64,000 nt of DNA from NCBI GenBank assembly GCA_043228905.1, contig JBHGNT010000004.1, forward strand, positions 14,632,001 to 14,696,000, read 5' to 3'. This DNA is from Azolla caroliniana. Taxonomy: Eukaryota > Plantae > Polypodiophyta. The first letter of the stretch is position 1. The number at the start of each line of letters is the position of its first letter. The position numbers were made by a program, and so were the translations under genes. The notes under the pieces were generated by a model that did no database searches, had not been told where the DNA came from, and saw nothing but the letters and a program-made list of their open reading frames with translations. Positions 22,950 to 37,200 of this stretch are shown here, one piece after another.

Positions 22950-25900
22950 TTCCCAATGATTGTTTTCCTGAATATCCTTATCCATTATAGAAATATAGGT
23001 AGGTTCACAATTCACGTACTTCTTTAGGCGCCACCCATTCACACGTAGGTTCATGAAGAGTCCCATCCAGGTTCTTGAGTTGATAACTTCCATTGTCAAA
23101 GTAATTGTGCACCACAAAAGGTCGTTCCCAACGATTTATCATCTTTTGTCCATTTACATTGTCAAAACGATTGTCATAGCGAAGAACAAGAGATCCTTTT
23201 GAAAAAGTGTCTTTTCTTGACCTTTTATCATAATACGTCTTCCTCCTCCAAGCCTGTTGTATATAACACTCCACTGCTTCCTCCCTTGAATATTGTAGAA
23301 TATGGTTTTGTGACAACTTATCCATCATGAAGCATTCTTCATCACGTAGAGATGCTCTTAAAAGTCGATTGCTTTTAATTTGAAGTTCAATTGGAAATAA
23401 AACTTCTTATCCATACATTAAGAAGAAAGGTGTAAAATCTGTGGATGACTTATATGATATATGATAGGCCCATGGAGCATCATCAAGGAACTTATCCCAT
23501 GTTCTTATTCTATTTGTTACAAGTTTTTGAAGATTTTTAATCAAAATACCATTGACCTTTTCGACTGCTCCATTAGGTTGAGGGTAATAGGCCACCTATG
23601 TTTGATCTTTAACCTTTCTAATAAGCAAGCCAACACTTCACCACAAAAACTTGGGCCATGATCTGATACAATCTCTAGCGGTACACCAAATCTCGTACAA
23701 ATATTACGGTAGATGAATTCAGCCACATCCCTTGCTTTAATCGAGGATGTTGTCGTTGCTTCTACCCACCTAGTCATGTAATCAGTAGCTACAAATATGA
23801 ACTCTTTACCACTTTGGGTTCTTGGAAGGGGACCCACTGCATCAATTCCTCATTTTTCAATGGGAGCAAAAACCACAATAGGATGCAACGGGCCCGCTTG
23901 AAGATGTCTCCTTCCTGCCTTTTGACAAGCATCACACAACATGCATCATTCATGAATATCTTTATGGATAGACGGCTATGTAAAACTTGTTAATAAAAAA
24001 TTTCTCAACATTATATCATGAGAAAAATGCCCTCCACAAGCCTCCTCATGCATTTTGTTGTGAGATCTCCAAAATTTCCTCCTTAATAGGCACTTGTCGT
24101 AAAACACCATCTTTGTTTTTATGATATAAGTCTTTATCCGCCATCATATATTGGGATGCTCTCACCACCAATCGTTTTCTTTGTGTAGGATTTAAACCTT
24201 TAGGAAAATCACCGCTATTAAGAAACTCAGATACCTCCATAAGAGATGTTGCATCTTTACACTCTTCCAAGATGCATATTGTCTCAGGTTTCAATTTCTT
24301 TAATTGATCTTGAGCAAGTGTATCAGCTTCTTTATTGTCCAAACGACTTACATGTTTTAATTGAACTTTATGGAAACATTTAATTAAAGTCAGTGCCTCC
24401 TTAAAAAACGTACGTAACCTATCACTTTGACATTTCCACACTCCTTGAATTTGGGACATTAGAAAACTCCTAAAAATTTTGCATGCATAAATTAGGGTTA
24501 ACATCCAGTTCTCTATATCCATGAAAGTCTTTTCCACATCACTTATTGCTCTACTAATAAAGTAAATAGGATGCATAAGTTTATTATGAGGATCTTGTTG
24601 CATAAGAATAACACCAATAGCATGAGAATTAACACTAAGAGAAAGGAAGAAAGTGGGACTACGATTAGGAGGCTTAAGGATAGGAGCTTTTGATAATAAA
24701 TCTCTTATTGTATCAATTTTTTCTTCTAGAAAAGGATTCCATACAAAGACACCGGTGCGTAGGATGAATCTAAACAGATAAAGTACTTGGGCTAACATAT
24801 GCCTTTCAAAATAATGCACCTTTTATACAAATGTTTCCAATTACTTAATATCGTTTGGGTAAGCTGGAGCTTTCAGTGCCTTAATCTTTGACGAATCCAC
24901 CTTGATTCCTTGAAGAGATACCACATGTCCAATCATCACTACCTCTTTTTCACCAATGTGACACTTGTTAGGGTTGAGTTGTCCTTTGCACTCATCAAGT
25001 TATTTGAAAGTCGCCCGCACCTTCTCTAGATGATCAATCTTTTTGTTATATATAGCAAAATCATTGAAAAACACCCTTAAAAACTTTCCAAAAATGGGTT
25101 GAAATACATGAATAGCCAAACGATTAAAAGTAAAAATGACATTAGTTAATCCAAAGGGCATACACTTATATGCAAAACAACCCCAAGGAGTAATCGACGA
25201 TTCTTATTTGAAAATAACCAGAGTAACCATCGCAAACGGTGTATAGTTCATGCCCAACAATCTCATCCAAAATCTCATCTTGGAAAGGAAGTGGAAAATG
25301 ATCTTGTTTGGTTGAAACATTCAAGGGTTTGAAGTTGACACATACCCGCCACGTGCCATTCTTTTTCGAAACTACAACAACTGGTGACACCCACTCAGAA
25401 TCCTCCATGGGGTAAATGAAACCCGCTCTCAATAATGCTTTGACGTCCTTTAAAAAGCTTCCTTTTGTACCATACCTAATCAACGAAGCTTTTGAGCAAT
25501 GGGTACACTTCCTTCCTTTAAATTGATGTGATGCTTGATGACATCTACTCCTCTTATCTGCAAATAGTCATTTATGAATCATTTTGGAAACATAGAAAGA
25601 AGAGAAATAAACCTTTAACGCTCTTCTCCTTGGATATCTTTGGAAATCATCTTCCCTTTCTCCTCCAAGGTGATAATGCTTTCTTCTTCAATGTCTTCTC
25701 CTTCGTCCCTAGACACCACATAAGATGTATTTTCCTCCCAATCCAACGAAGATTCATCACTTGATAAGCTTTCCCTGTCTTGCTCACTATTGTAGGAAGA
25801 CGATTCTTTCTCCTTTTCACCTTTAATTATTTGTTGTAGATGCATGTCGTAGAAGATGTTGAACCCTTCTAATGGTGATAAGGTCATGATACCATTACTC

Positions 25901-27600
25901 CAATCTTGGATTAGATTTAACTCTTGCATCCAAGGTCTTCCTAATACTAAGGAATAAGATGGCCCTTTAAGAGGTATGACATGAAAATCCATGGAAATAG
26001 ATATATACCAAAACATTCAATAACCACATCCTCTATAATTCCCAAACAAGGAACCAAACCCCCATCAACTACAACTACTTTAGCCGAGGACTTCTTACAA
26101 ATGGGAATTCCAATCTTAGTCACTAAAACTTCAGATATAAGGCTTATTCTAGCACCACTATCTACCAAGGCATCCTTAATTAAAAACCTTTGATGGTTAC
26201 CGAGATAGTTGGTCGAATATGCTTTCAATCTTTCACTTGCACAACTCCTGCATAATGTAACGTTCTTACGCTCTTTCGTATACTTGATAGGCATCCCCAC
26301 TCCTTTCGTAGTGATGGCGAAAGTTGGAGAAGTTGTGGCCAAGTGATGTGAGGTCCACTAGAGATTAGATCTTGCTTGAGATTGAATGGTTCCACACCTT
26401 TCCCCATCGGCATATCATCAATTTTAATCTTTCTTCGAATGTTTCTTTCTAGGTCCATCCTCCAAGTTAGTCTCCTTAGCCTTCTTCTTTTGTTGAGAGT
26501 TACTAGTCTCTCATTCCATTGCTATATTGTTTTGTGATTCCCTAGTTCTCTTTATAGGTGCATCTTCACATTCTTCATCTGTATCATACATAAAGTCAAG
26601 AAGATTTACATCAGGGGGAATTATTGGAATTTGAGTTGGGATGTTTTCCCCTTCCGCCACTTGCATGTTGAGTTGGGTAATATTATTTTTTTGATTGCCT
26701 TGTAGTTGGTGCATGCCTCGACCCCAACCACCTTGTCATCGTGAAGCACATCGTGTTGATATGTGCCCATCGACACCACATGTGTAGCACACAACCACTC
26801 TTCTTTCCCTTGTAGCATCTCGAGTTTGACTTACATTAAAATTCACTTGCATTTGTTGGATTTGTCGAGTAACTTCATCCAAACTCCAATTTAATTGCTT
26901 TGTGAAATCCCCCTCTAATTTAGGTTGAATAGTTTCTTGCATTACAAAGGTATTAGTTTGATATGTTGTTGGAGATGTCATAAAAACATTAGGAAACACT
27001 TGCCCACCATGTAATATTGATGATTAATTAAGAATAGGGGATGCAATTAGATTACCTCCAATTGTCGTCACTATCGAATCGGCTCCTACTTGTAGAACCA
27101 TGATGTGTCTATTGTAAGCTTGACAAGTTTGCACGAGTGCTTGGAAAGTCGTAGGATTCTTTATATTTTCTTCCAACGCAAAGTGGGGACTTAATCCCAC
27201 TTTAAAGTGCTTCATCTTAAACCATTCATCCTTTGTACTCCCACGTAATCGAATCCATGTAGTCCAAAGGTTAATAAACTCTCTCTCATAATCGTTATAC
27301 TCCATTGTTGAGGTCATCTGCAAACGAAAGAGTTCCTCCCGCACTTCTGTTGCATTACGACGTCTAATACCTTTGCTTTAAATTGTTGCACCAACATTTG
27401 GTAATTAATTTGTTGGTTAGTTTGCAATGACTCATACCAATCCCTTGACCACCAATAGAGGAAACTTCTCCAAATCTATCATCTTCCCTATTGATATTGC
27501 GTGATGTTCGAAGGCGACCAAGAATGCTCCCGCATCTTGAACCCTATCACCTAGAAAAGCAAATTGAAAAGCCATATTGGCTAAAAATGAGACTTTCCAA
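22950..27600 (-). pseudogene. Gypsy gag-pol remnants: gag, CCHC, protease, RT, RNase H, additional RNase H, integrase
   Basis: CYTCGVDGHISTRC; ALVDSGA; EWVSPVVVV..WRVCVNF..DGYSGYFQI; HVSRLDNKEADTLA (aRH-like); DYMTRWVEA..RFGVPLEIVSDHG; YYPQPNGAVE. Confidence 0.88.
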
Positions 27601-28554
27601 TAATATAGAAATAATATACCTTCCCTCTGATATGGAAAGAATCAACCCTCCCTGGAACGCCACAATAAAGAGGAGAGATAGAAAAATGATAGAGAAGAGA
27701 AGAGGAAGAGAAAAGAATACCTCAATATATTATTGGGAAAACAATATAATCTTCTTGGACTCTAAAAAGAACCCCACCAAAGAACTACGTTAATCTTAAT
27801 GACCCTAATTGATAATAGTCTTTTCTTCTACTAAGACTCCTTTCACTTCTTCTAGCCTTCTTATTCTTCCTCCTTCCCTAATTGCTAACAATACCTTCCT
27901 ATTTATATGTTTTTAGTTGCGTTATTCTTGCTTTTTTCTTATATTTTCTTTTTTTACATATCCTCAAGTTTATGTGAGTCATTTTTTTTATATTATTATT
28001 TTAGCTTTGTCATCCCAAATTTTTCACATAAGAGCTTTTGATTTCTTATGAATCTTTTGTCTCTCTTCATCTGCTTTCTTATGAATCTTTTCTTTTAAAT
28101 TTTGGATATGAGATGAAGAAGTTATGAGCTTTTTTCTTTGCCTTGCTTTTTCTATCTTTTTTGCTATGTTTCTTTTTCTTTTCTTCTGCTTTTTCTACTT
28201 TTGATTCTAACTTAATATCCCTTCAATTTCCTTCATCTTTTAACTCTTGAACTTTTCATATCGTGCTTTATTCTTATACACCTTAGCACCCAATGTATTT
28301 GCCACAATCTTTTCTTACGAGCAAAATTTGACTTCACATATACGAGAGATTGTTGTAATCTGTTCTCCCTTTGTACATATCTGATATAGTAGAAGATTTG
28401 TTCTCTCGTGGTTTTTCCCTTGTTTAGGGTTTCCATGTTAAACACTGTGTATTTTGTGCATTTTCTGTTTTCTGTTTAAACATTTCGGCACATCTTTCTG
28501 GACTGTCTTCATTTTATTTCCCATCAAACTAGTATCAGAGCGTAAGGAGCAGAG

Positions 28555-31500
28555 ATGGAAGGAGGTGTGAGTGGATTCCCAGGAATGAGGGTCCTGAACT
28601 CTCAAAACTATGCAGACTGGATGATCAAGATGGAAGATGTCCTCATAGTCAAAAACTTGTACGAGCCCATCGATAGAATAGAAATACCCACAGGGGTATT
28701 AGAGTCTGAATGGAAACTTCTGAATAGAAAGGCAGGGGCCACCATCAAACAGTGTGTCGATTGGAGTGTCCTTCAGCATGTGGCTAATGACACAAATTCC
28801 TATGAGATGTAGCAGAAGCTGTCAGGTCTGCATGAGAGGAAGAATGCCCTCAACAAAAAATCTTTGATGAGAAAGAGTGTAAGGTTGAAATACATGGATA
28901 GAGATAGCATAGTCGAGCACGTAAGCACATTGATGGTGTATGTGAACCAACTTGCGGCAACCAAGTTTCCCTTGATGATGCAATGCAGGCCATCCTACTA
29001 TTGTGTACCCCGTTGAACCTTTGGGAGAACCTGGTGGTGACTCTCAACACCTCTGGTCAAGAAGAAAACTTGTCCTTGCAAGTGGTAAAGACAATCATCT
29101 TGAATGAGGAGACAAGACGTAAGAACAAGGATGTCTTGTCCTAGTCGGACTCAAACTTGACTCAACATACTGACAAAGGAAGGAAAAGACAGGGAAGTCC
29201 ACAAAGAAGGGAAAGTTAGGTCCAAGTTCAGAGACAAACTGACATGTTTCTATTGCGGAAAGCCTGGCCACTTCCAGAAGGATTTTCGACACCTCAAGAA
29301 GGACAAAGGTGTCTGTAATGATGTCAAACCTAGGAAGATTCCTGATGAAAAGGGCACATCAGCAATAGCTACAAGTGCAGAAGAGATCTTGTTCATTTGT
29401 GAGCAAGCAAGCACAAATCTTGCAAGTGAAGAGTGCACATGGGTAATAGACTCCGATGCATCATTTCATGTAACTCCCTTGAGATAATGCTTCTCTACCT
29501 ACATAACTAGGGATCATGGCTATGTAAAGACGGGAGATAACAGAGAGTGCAAGATAGCCGACATAGGAAGTGTAAGCCTGATGACGTCGACAGGTTGTCG
29601 ACTGACTTTGAGGGAAGTTCGACATGTCCCCGATATTAGATTGAATCTGATATCGACTGGAAGGTTGGACGACAAAGGCTACAGTGGTAGCTTTCGAAAC
29701 GGCAAGTGGAAGTTTTACTGAGGAAACCTCATAGTGGCCCGCGCACAAAAAGATGGCACATTGTATATGATGCATGCCTGACTATGCAAGTCCAAAGCAA
29801 ATGTGGCAGCTGACTCGAGTGGAGAGTTATGGCATAAGAGTCTTGGGAACATGAGTGACAAAGGAATGCACATCCTGGCCGACTAGGAACTTCTCCTAGA
29901 AGTGAAAGGAGTGCACTTGGAGAAATGTGTCGACTACTTAGTAGGAAAGTAGAGCAGAGCTACATTCCACTCAAGACCACAGAGAAGAAGAGAAGTTGCA
30001 TTGATGCTATGCAGATGCTCCATCAGATCAAGGTGGACAGTACTTCCGGACATTCATTGATGACTTTAGTCGAAAGTTGTGAGCTTTCGTACTAAAGTCG
30101 AAGGACCAAGTACTATCGTTCTTCAAGGAGTTCCAAGCAAGGGCAGGAAGAGAGTCAGGTCGAAAGTTGAAGGGTGTCCAAACCAATAATAGTGGTGAAT
30201 ATAGAGGGTAGTTCGAAGAGTACTGCAAGGCCCAAGCTATTCGAATCGAATACACACTATTTGAATCGAATACACAGTGGCGAAGTCCCCTGAGTTGAAC
30301 GGGCTTGGAGAGAGGATGAATCAAACGAGATGAACTCCTTGCGCAAAAATTATACTTACGACTTGGTGGAGCTACCAAAAGGTAAGAGATCACTTACGAC
30401 TTCCTGAGTTGAACGGGCATGGAGAGAGGATGAATCGAAGGAGATGGACTCCTTGCACAAAAATTATACTTACGACTTAGTGGAGCTACCAAAAGGTAAG
30501 AAATGGGTCTACAAGGTGAAGACTAGAGAAGTCGACAACACACCCGGATATAAAGCCTGTATTGTAGTGAAGGGGTTTCAATAGAAAAAGGTTGTCAACT
30601 TTGACGAAATATTCGCACCAGTCGTGAAGATGACATCCATACGAATTGTTTTGAGCATAACTACCAATATGGATATGGAGATCAAACAGTTGGATGTCAA
30701 AACATCATTCTTGCATGGGGAGCTAGATGAGGAGATCTACATGCAGCAGCCCGTAGGCTTTGAGGAGAAAAGCTTGTATATTGTGAAACAAACTCCACGC
30801 CAAAGATACAAGAAGTTTGAATCCTTCATGCTGGAACATGGGTTCCACAAAACACAGGTTGATCACTGTGTGTTCATCAAAAGTTACAATGAAGGTGACT
30901 TCTTGATTCTCTTATTATATGTGAATGACATATTGATAGTCGGACAAGACACGAAAAGGATCATGAGCATGAAGAAAGATCTAGGCAAGTCGTTTGCCAT
31001 GAAAGATCTTGGATTGGCTAAACAGATTTTAGGGATGCACATAGTTTGGGGCAGAACTAAGAAAGTGTTGTGGTTGTCACAAGATAAGTATGTGACAAAG
31101 TTCTAGAAAGATTCAACATGTCGGAAGCAAAGTCAGACAGCTATGTGTTGCCGACCAACTGCAAGCTGAATGCAAAGCAATGCCCTCAAGGGGAGAAAGA
31201 AAAGGTTGAGATGAAGAAAGTATTGTATGACTCAGCCGTCAGCAACTTAATGTATGTTATGGTCTATACGAGACCAGACATAACATTTGTTATAGGAGTA
31301 GTAAGACGATATATGAGTAATCAAGGTAGAGAACATTGGGCAGCCATGAAATGGATACCGAGGTACTTAAATGGCACCTCGGGGGTGTGCCTCTAGTATG
31401 GTGTCAGAAAATTTGTACTCAAAGGTTTTACTGACTCGAACATGTCAAGGGATGTAGACTCGAGTTGAACCACTTCAGGGTATGTGATGACATATACATG

Positions 31501-31880
31501 TGGAGCACTATCATGGCAGTCAAGACTGTAGAAGTCTATGGCCTTGTCGACCACAGAGGCAGAGTATATGGCAGCGTAACAAGCCGTCAAAGAGCTAATT
31601 TGGATGAGAAATTTTCTCAATGAGTTGGGAATGAAGCAAAGGGAGTTCTTGCTTCATTGTGAAAGCAAGAGTGTCATACATCTAGTCAAGAATGTTGTGT
31701 ATCATTCCCCGACCAAGCATATACAGAGAAGATATCACTGGTTGCGGGAGAAAGTGGAAGAAGGAGAGTTTACTGTCGTGAAGATCCATACTGACGACAA
31801 TGGATCTGACATGTTGATGAAGAACCTATTGATGGACAGACGCAGAGACTGTCGACAAAGGACAGGACTAGCCGATTCCA
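28555..31880 (+). pseudogene. Copia family-C gag-pol, many stops, internal INT-RT deletion
   Basis: gag LNSQNYADWMIKMEDVL, CFYCGKPGH, WVIDSDAS, VKMTSIR..LDVKTSFLHG, and RNase H remnants. Confidence 0.88.
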
Positions 31881-33170
31881 CCAATAGGAGTGAAGGGGGA
31901 GTTTGTTAGGAATACGTCGCTCCTATGGGAGGAGCCTACTGGTCAAACTGAGAGCCGACAATCACAAACAAGGAGTAGCCAACTAGTCAGGCTAAGAGCT
32001 GATAGTCAATGACAAAGAGTAGTCAACAGTATAGTAAGTGATCCAAGTCGAAGACACGACCGACTAGTCGGCCCAACCGGATGGCCGACTACACGACCAA
32101 CTTGACAGTTGACATGTGAGTCGGCTAGTCGAATCGACTAGTCGATCAATCGGCTAATTATCGACAGTTAGTGTTATTAACAGGAAATAATAATACAAGA
32201 CATATCTGTAAATATCCCATAATGTGTATAAGTATACATATACCTAGAGAAAACTTTAGGCATGTAGAACAAGTGATATAGATTAGAGTTTTTGTAGTTG
32301 AGATTTGTAGAGTGTAGAGAGTAGAGGAGGGTGAGAGTGAGTGTGAGTGTGAGGGTGAGCGGCGCCATAGCTGTGTAGTAGTAGACGTCAAGAGCCTTAT
32401 GTGGTTGATGCACTTTGTATGTGAGAGAGTGTTGTAATCTATTCTCCCTTTGTACATCTCTAATATAGTAGAAGATTTGTTTTCCCGTGTTGTTTCCCTT
32501 GTTTAGGGTTTCCACTTTACACATTGTGTATTCTGTGCATTTTCTGTTTTTTGTTTATACATTTTAGCACATCTTTCTCGACTGTCTTTGGTATATTTCC
32601 TATTAGTCTATACATACAAGTCAACTATGTGAGCACTTTTATACAAGTCCTTAAAAGGACAGATAGAAGTATTGTAGGAAATAGAGTGGAATATTTCTCG
32701 GCCACAACCAAGGCTTGAGTCACTTCAATAAGAATGAAACACAGGAATGGGAAGTGGAGAGAGTGAACGCACGTACACACACAAACAATAGAGAGTACAC
32801 ATGATGTTTACGTGGAAAACCCTAATAGGGAAAAACCACGGGAACCCACAGACTCCAAGCTATCACTATATGAGAAAGGTACAATCAAAGACTCAAAGGC
32901 AACGACCTCGAGCTCTGTATCTACGCCAATCGGCGATTACAACAGAAATCGTTCTGTATCTCACACTCTCTCTATACAACAATATGACAACAATACTCTC
33001 TCTCTCAAAGTGATTGCCCTAAGTCATATTTATACTTATATGAACTTAGGTCTATTTACAAATATAACCTCAATAGGCTTACTCAAAACATATTTACAAA
33101 TATGTCTTATCTTCCTGTTCTCGCCGGGTCCATCCGATCCGGTTTCCAGATCTCTTCCAGTTCTCATCGG

Positions 33171-34250
33171 TGTCGTGAAGATTTTCGGCAATAGTGTGAA
33201 AATCCCATAAAACGTACGAAATCGAGTATAAATCACATAGTACAATAATTGTGAAGATAACATTTTAAATAGATTTAATATCTAAGTACAAAATGATGGA
33301 GGTTTCGAATGCACTTTATTACACAAGAAACAGACAACTAAATGTCAAGATATGAGGGTATAAAGTTTGTGAAAGGAAAAGAGAAAATTGTGAGATATCC
33401 CACATAGGCACGACAAATACAGCTCTCATCATATATAAGGTGGAGCAAAAGATATTATCTTTGTGTCTATGTGTGGAGCATAGAGAGTTCAAGGTAACTT
33501 GAACTAAGAGTAGAGGTGGGCTAGCTACTCGTAAAGGGTTTTGGCCAACCAAAACCGAACCGGCGATGGAGCCAGTGATCCGACGGCAATCCGGCGAGGC
33601 ACCGGTAACCGACGGCATCCGGCGGCGGCACCGGCATCCGGCAACATCCGACGGCATCCGGCGAACCGGCGTCCAGCGACTAGATAAATAAATATATAAA
33701 TATATATACATATTTACATATACAAGGAGGGCAAGTAAGGATTCAAACCTTGCACCTCCAAGTTAGGAGTCAATTGGCTTACCATTAAGCCATGCTATTT
33801 AGTTGAAATTATATTTCTATCATTGTACTTTTACATGTAAATTCTCATACATGAGAGCTAAAATGAGTGACATGGTTATCATGCACCACATGTAATACTT
33901 AAGCGCCAAATGGCAAACATGCAATTTATGCATGTCTTGTACCCTCACATGCATCATATGCATGAGAGCATCTATAAAAGAGGGAAGGGGGAGGAGAAAA
34001 AAGGACGGTTTTTTTTTTATGAAATTAAGAAGAAGAAATTCGTTATCAAATTGATGGTGTAACTTGTTTCTTAAATCCAAAGATAAAAAGTTCAATCGAT
34101 CTTTCTCGATCATTTAATCTCAACTTCTCTCTTTCCCAATATATCTTAAGTACTTTCTCGCCAAAGCTTGTATCGACTCTAAATCCTTCTGGTCCAGAAC
34201 CCCGGCGGTTCCGCCTCACGATCCGCGTGTAGTGACGGATCTTCACGACA
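33171..34250 (+). mobile_element. 1080-bp solo LTR (probably gypsy) with 12-bp terminal inverted repeat and 4-bp TSD
   Basis: TGTCGTGAAGAT...ATCTTCACGACA with TCGG on both sides. TATA-like ctataaaag at about 33973. Confidence 0.8.
33729..33797 (-). other. tRNA-like (Pol III A-box/B-box) module inside an LTR, not a bona fide tRNA gene
   Basis: Minus strand reads TGGCTTAATGGTAAGC (D-arm GCTT/AAGC) ... CTCCTAA ... AGGT GCAAGG TTTGAAT CCTTAC (T-arm). No good acceptor stem. Confidence 0.6.
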
Positions 34251-37200
34251 TCGGGTCCTCTTCATTCATAAACGGATCCCATCCGAAGGGACCGCCTTCC
34301 CAACAAGTACTAACATGTACTTCAATGCTCATAACTGAGCAACTAAGCAACTGACACTAACTCCTAAAATTATGCCTATCTAGTAGGCTAGGATCGTAGG
34401 CCTCCAACGGTTTAACGGTTCTCGGGGATAAAACTCACCAATCTGGCTCTCCGATCCGATCCGGGCCTAGCCGACCGGTCTTCACTCGATCTGGCTCGTG
34501 ACTTGTTCCATTGATCTGGCCCATGTTCAGCTTGCTTCTCAACACTCCCCCTCAACCTCAACTTGAGGTTCCTTCTACTCTGCCAATTTCTTGCCTCGGC
34601 TTCTTCTAACATGTTCATGCCTTGCTCACGCCCCTCATGCGGTCTAGTCTCGAGTTCCACGACCCCTCCAATCCAACACATCTTGACCCATCCGATTTTG
34701 TGCATCTCAACCCCTACGGTTGGCTTGTCTGCTCATCGAGCCTATCTCAGCTCCCTCGTTTTCACGATATTGGTGCCCCTTGGCCCGTTGGTTCAGTGTC
34801 AGCTTCAGCTACCTTCTTGTCTGCTTGGCCTTCATGTGATTCAGCTCATCCGAATCAAACCAGTTGACCAAATCGGTTGTCTCCAATCCATCATCCTTCT
34901 TCAGGCCCTTGACCACATCCGACCACGTCTTGGTCTTGGCCTTTTTCTTTTGGTCAACTCTGTCCTTCTTGACTCTGCCGCCCTTGCCACTTCCTCCGGT
35001 TTTTCTGGATGTGTCAACTTCTTTAGCCGATTCCGCATCCTCTTCGGCTCTCTTTTTCTCAGCCGACTCATTTCTGCTCTCTTCCTTCCCGATTGCTCCA
35101 CCTTTTCTCCCCCTCAAGTGTGGCACATCGAGATGTTGTAAACTAAGCATCTCAAAAAAGTGTTGCAACTTGTCTTATTCGAGAGAGCCTTGGTGAAGAT
35201 GTCGGCAACCTACCAATCGGTTCAAACATACCGGAGTTCTACTTCACTACTCAAAACCTGTGCGCGCACAAAGTGATAATGCACTTCGATGTGCTTTGTG
35301 CAAGCATGGAAAATAGGGTACTTGGCGGGGTTGCATGTTACTGATGTTGTCGCAATAGATTGGGATCGGAGTAGGAACCTCGACCCTTAAGTCTTGCGGC
35401 AGCTGTTGGAGCCATATAACTTCACAGGTTGCAATAGTGGCTCCTCTATACTCAGCTTCGGTGCTTGACAGGGCCACTGTCGGCTACTTTTTGCTGCTCC
35501 ACGTTACAGTCCTGCTTCTAAGAGAAAACATGAAGCCCGATGTCAATCGGTGATCCGATGCATCTCCGATCCACTCGGCATCCGTATAGCCGACTAGCTG
35601 TTTCGTTATTCTGTGTTGGTATAGTAGTCCCTGATCCTTCGTGTCGCTCACATATCTCAATATTCGATGCACGCACTGAAGGTGCTCGGCAGTTGGTCTC
35701 TGCATGAACTAGCTGACCACTCCTACCAGATAGCTAAGATCGGGTCGGGTGATAGTTAAATAGATGAGGCTTCCAACAATTTTCCAGACCCATTTCTCAT
35801 CGGAGGCCACACCCGAGTCAAGATGTAGCTTCAGGTTCTTGTCGAGAGGTGTCGAGACAGATCAACAATCCATCATGCCGAACTTGTACAACATATTCAG
35901 AACATAGTGTCGTTGAGACAACAATATGTTGTTGGGGATGTGGATCACTTCGATCCTGAGGAAGTACTGAAGGTCCCCCAGGTCCTTCGTCTCAAATGCG
36001 GTGCACAACTGGGACTTGACTCGGCCGATTTTAGTGAGGTTGTCCGGTGATGACCAAGTCGTCGACATATATCAAAATGCACACAGGACCTTTTGGACCT
36101 TTTTGAATGAACAATGATGAGTCGGATTTGGAGGCCGCAAACCCCATCTTACACAACCAGTGCGTGATCTTTGAATTCCAACCACGAGGGGCTTGCTTCA
36201 AGCCATAAAGTGACTTCTTCAATCGGCATACTATTGACTTGTTCATCTCCGACTGAAATCCGGGTGGTTGGACCATGTATACTTGAGGAAACATGTTCTT
36301 CACGTCCATCTAGTGGAGATGCCACCCCTTTGCCGCTACGACCGCCAGCACCACACGAACCGTCGTCATCTTCGCTACTGGTGCGAAGGTCTCGTCGTGG
36401 TCGATTTTGTGACTACACGTATCCCTTGGCCACCAAGTAGCCCTTGTACTAGTTGACCGAACCGTCAACATTATATTTCACCTTATATACCCATTTGCAA
36501 TTGATCGGTTTGTAGTGTCGGGGAGGGTCAACCAGGTCCCATGTGTCATTGGCATCAAGTGCACGCATTTCTTCCTCCATAGCGGCATGTCAGTTCGCAT
36601 CCTTTGCCGCATCTGTGTAGCTCTTTGACTCATGCACTTCCGCCACTTTCGTCATGTACGCATAGTGGTGCACCATGTACTCATTATAACCATACATGAT
36701 CACCGGTTTCTTGTGGCATGTGGATCGGCGTAACTTCTCGTTATCCAATTTAAAGGCCCTCTTGGTCGCATCCAACCTCAACTCTTGAGGTCCGTCTTCA
36801 CTTCTCTTGTTCTACTCGTCATCTCTTCATTCTGTTGGTCATTCCGACTCAGCTCTTCATTCGGCCCACTTAGCCAAAATGAGATCAGACTCTCATCTAG
36901 AACTCTGAAATCTTCTTCTTCTTCTTCCCGAATCATGTTGGGCTCATTGCCCTCATTCTCTGTAATCAGGAGGTCGGAGTTGTCGAGTGTTGGACCATAC
37001 TAGGACACTAACTCGTCGAATACAACGTCTCAGCTTACTCAAACTTGTTTGGTCTAGGGGTTATAACACTTATACCCCTTCTGTTCATGTGAGTATCCGA
37101 CTAATATGCACTTTTCCGACTTTGCGTCCAACGTCTTCCTCTTCTCATCCGGCACATGCACATAGGCAATGCTACCGAATATCCTCAAGTGTCTCAAATT

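Larger units (their letters stand above)
18447..28338 (-). mobile_element. Ty3/gypsy, non-chromovirus Tat-like element, degraded
   Basis: LTRs at 18447-22697 (interrupted) and about 27666-28338. TSD TATAC on both sides. Non-Met PBS TGGCGTTCCAGGGAGGG (27646-27662, minus) and G-run PPT at about 22702-22716. Confidence 0.9.
17926..32605 (+). mobile_element. Degraded Ty1/copia (family C, Tnt1/Tork-like)
   Basis: 5' LTR at 17926-18446 + 28344-28526, PBS tagtatcagagc at 28530-28541, PPT at about 31888-31901, 3' LTR at 31904-32605. TSD GTCTC / GTCTA. Confidence 0.88.
32673..34305 (-). repeat. Solo LTR of copia family D, containing a nested solo LTR
   Basis: TGTAGG...CCCAACA with TSD AGTAT / AGTAC. 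Homologous to the LTR ending at 54455. Confidence 0.85.

Noticed and set aside
33729-33797. Functional tRNA gene (also the modules at 20266, 45036 and 51535)
   Set aside because: Acceptor and anticodon stems do not close properly and all lie inside LTRs, so they are reported only as tRNA-like modules.
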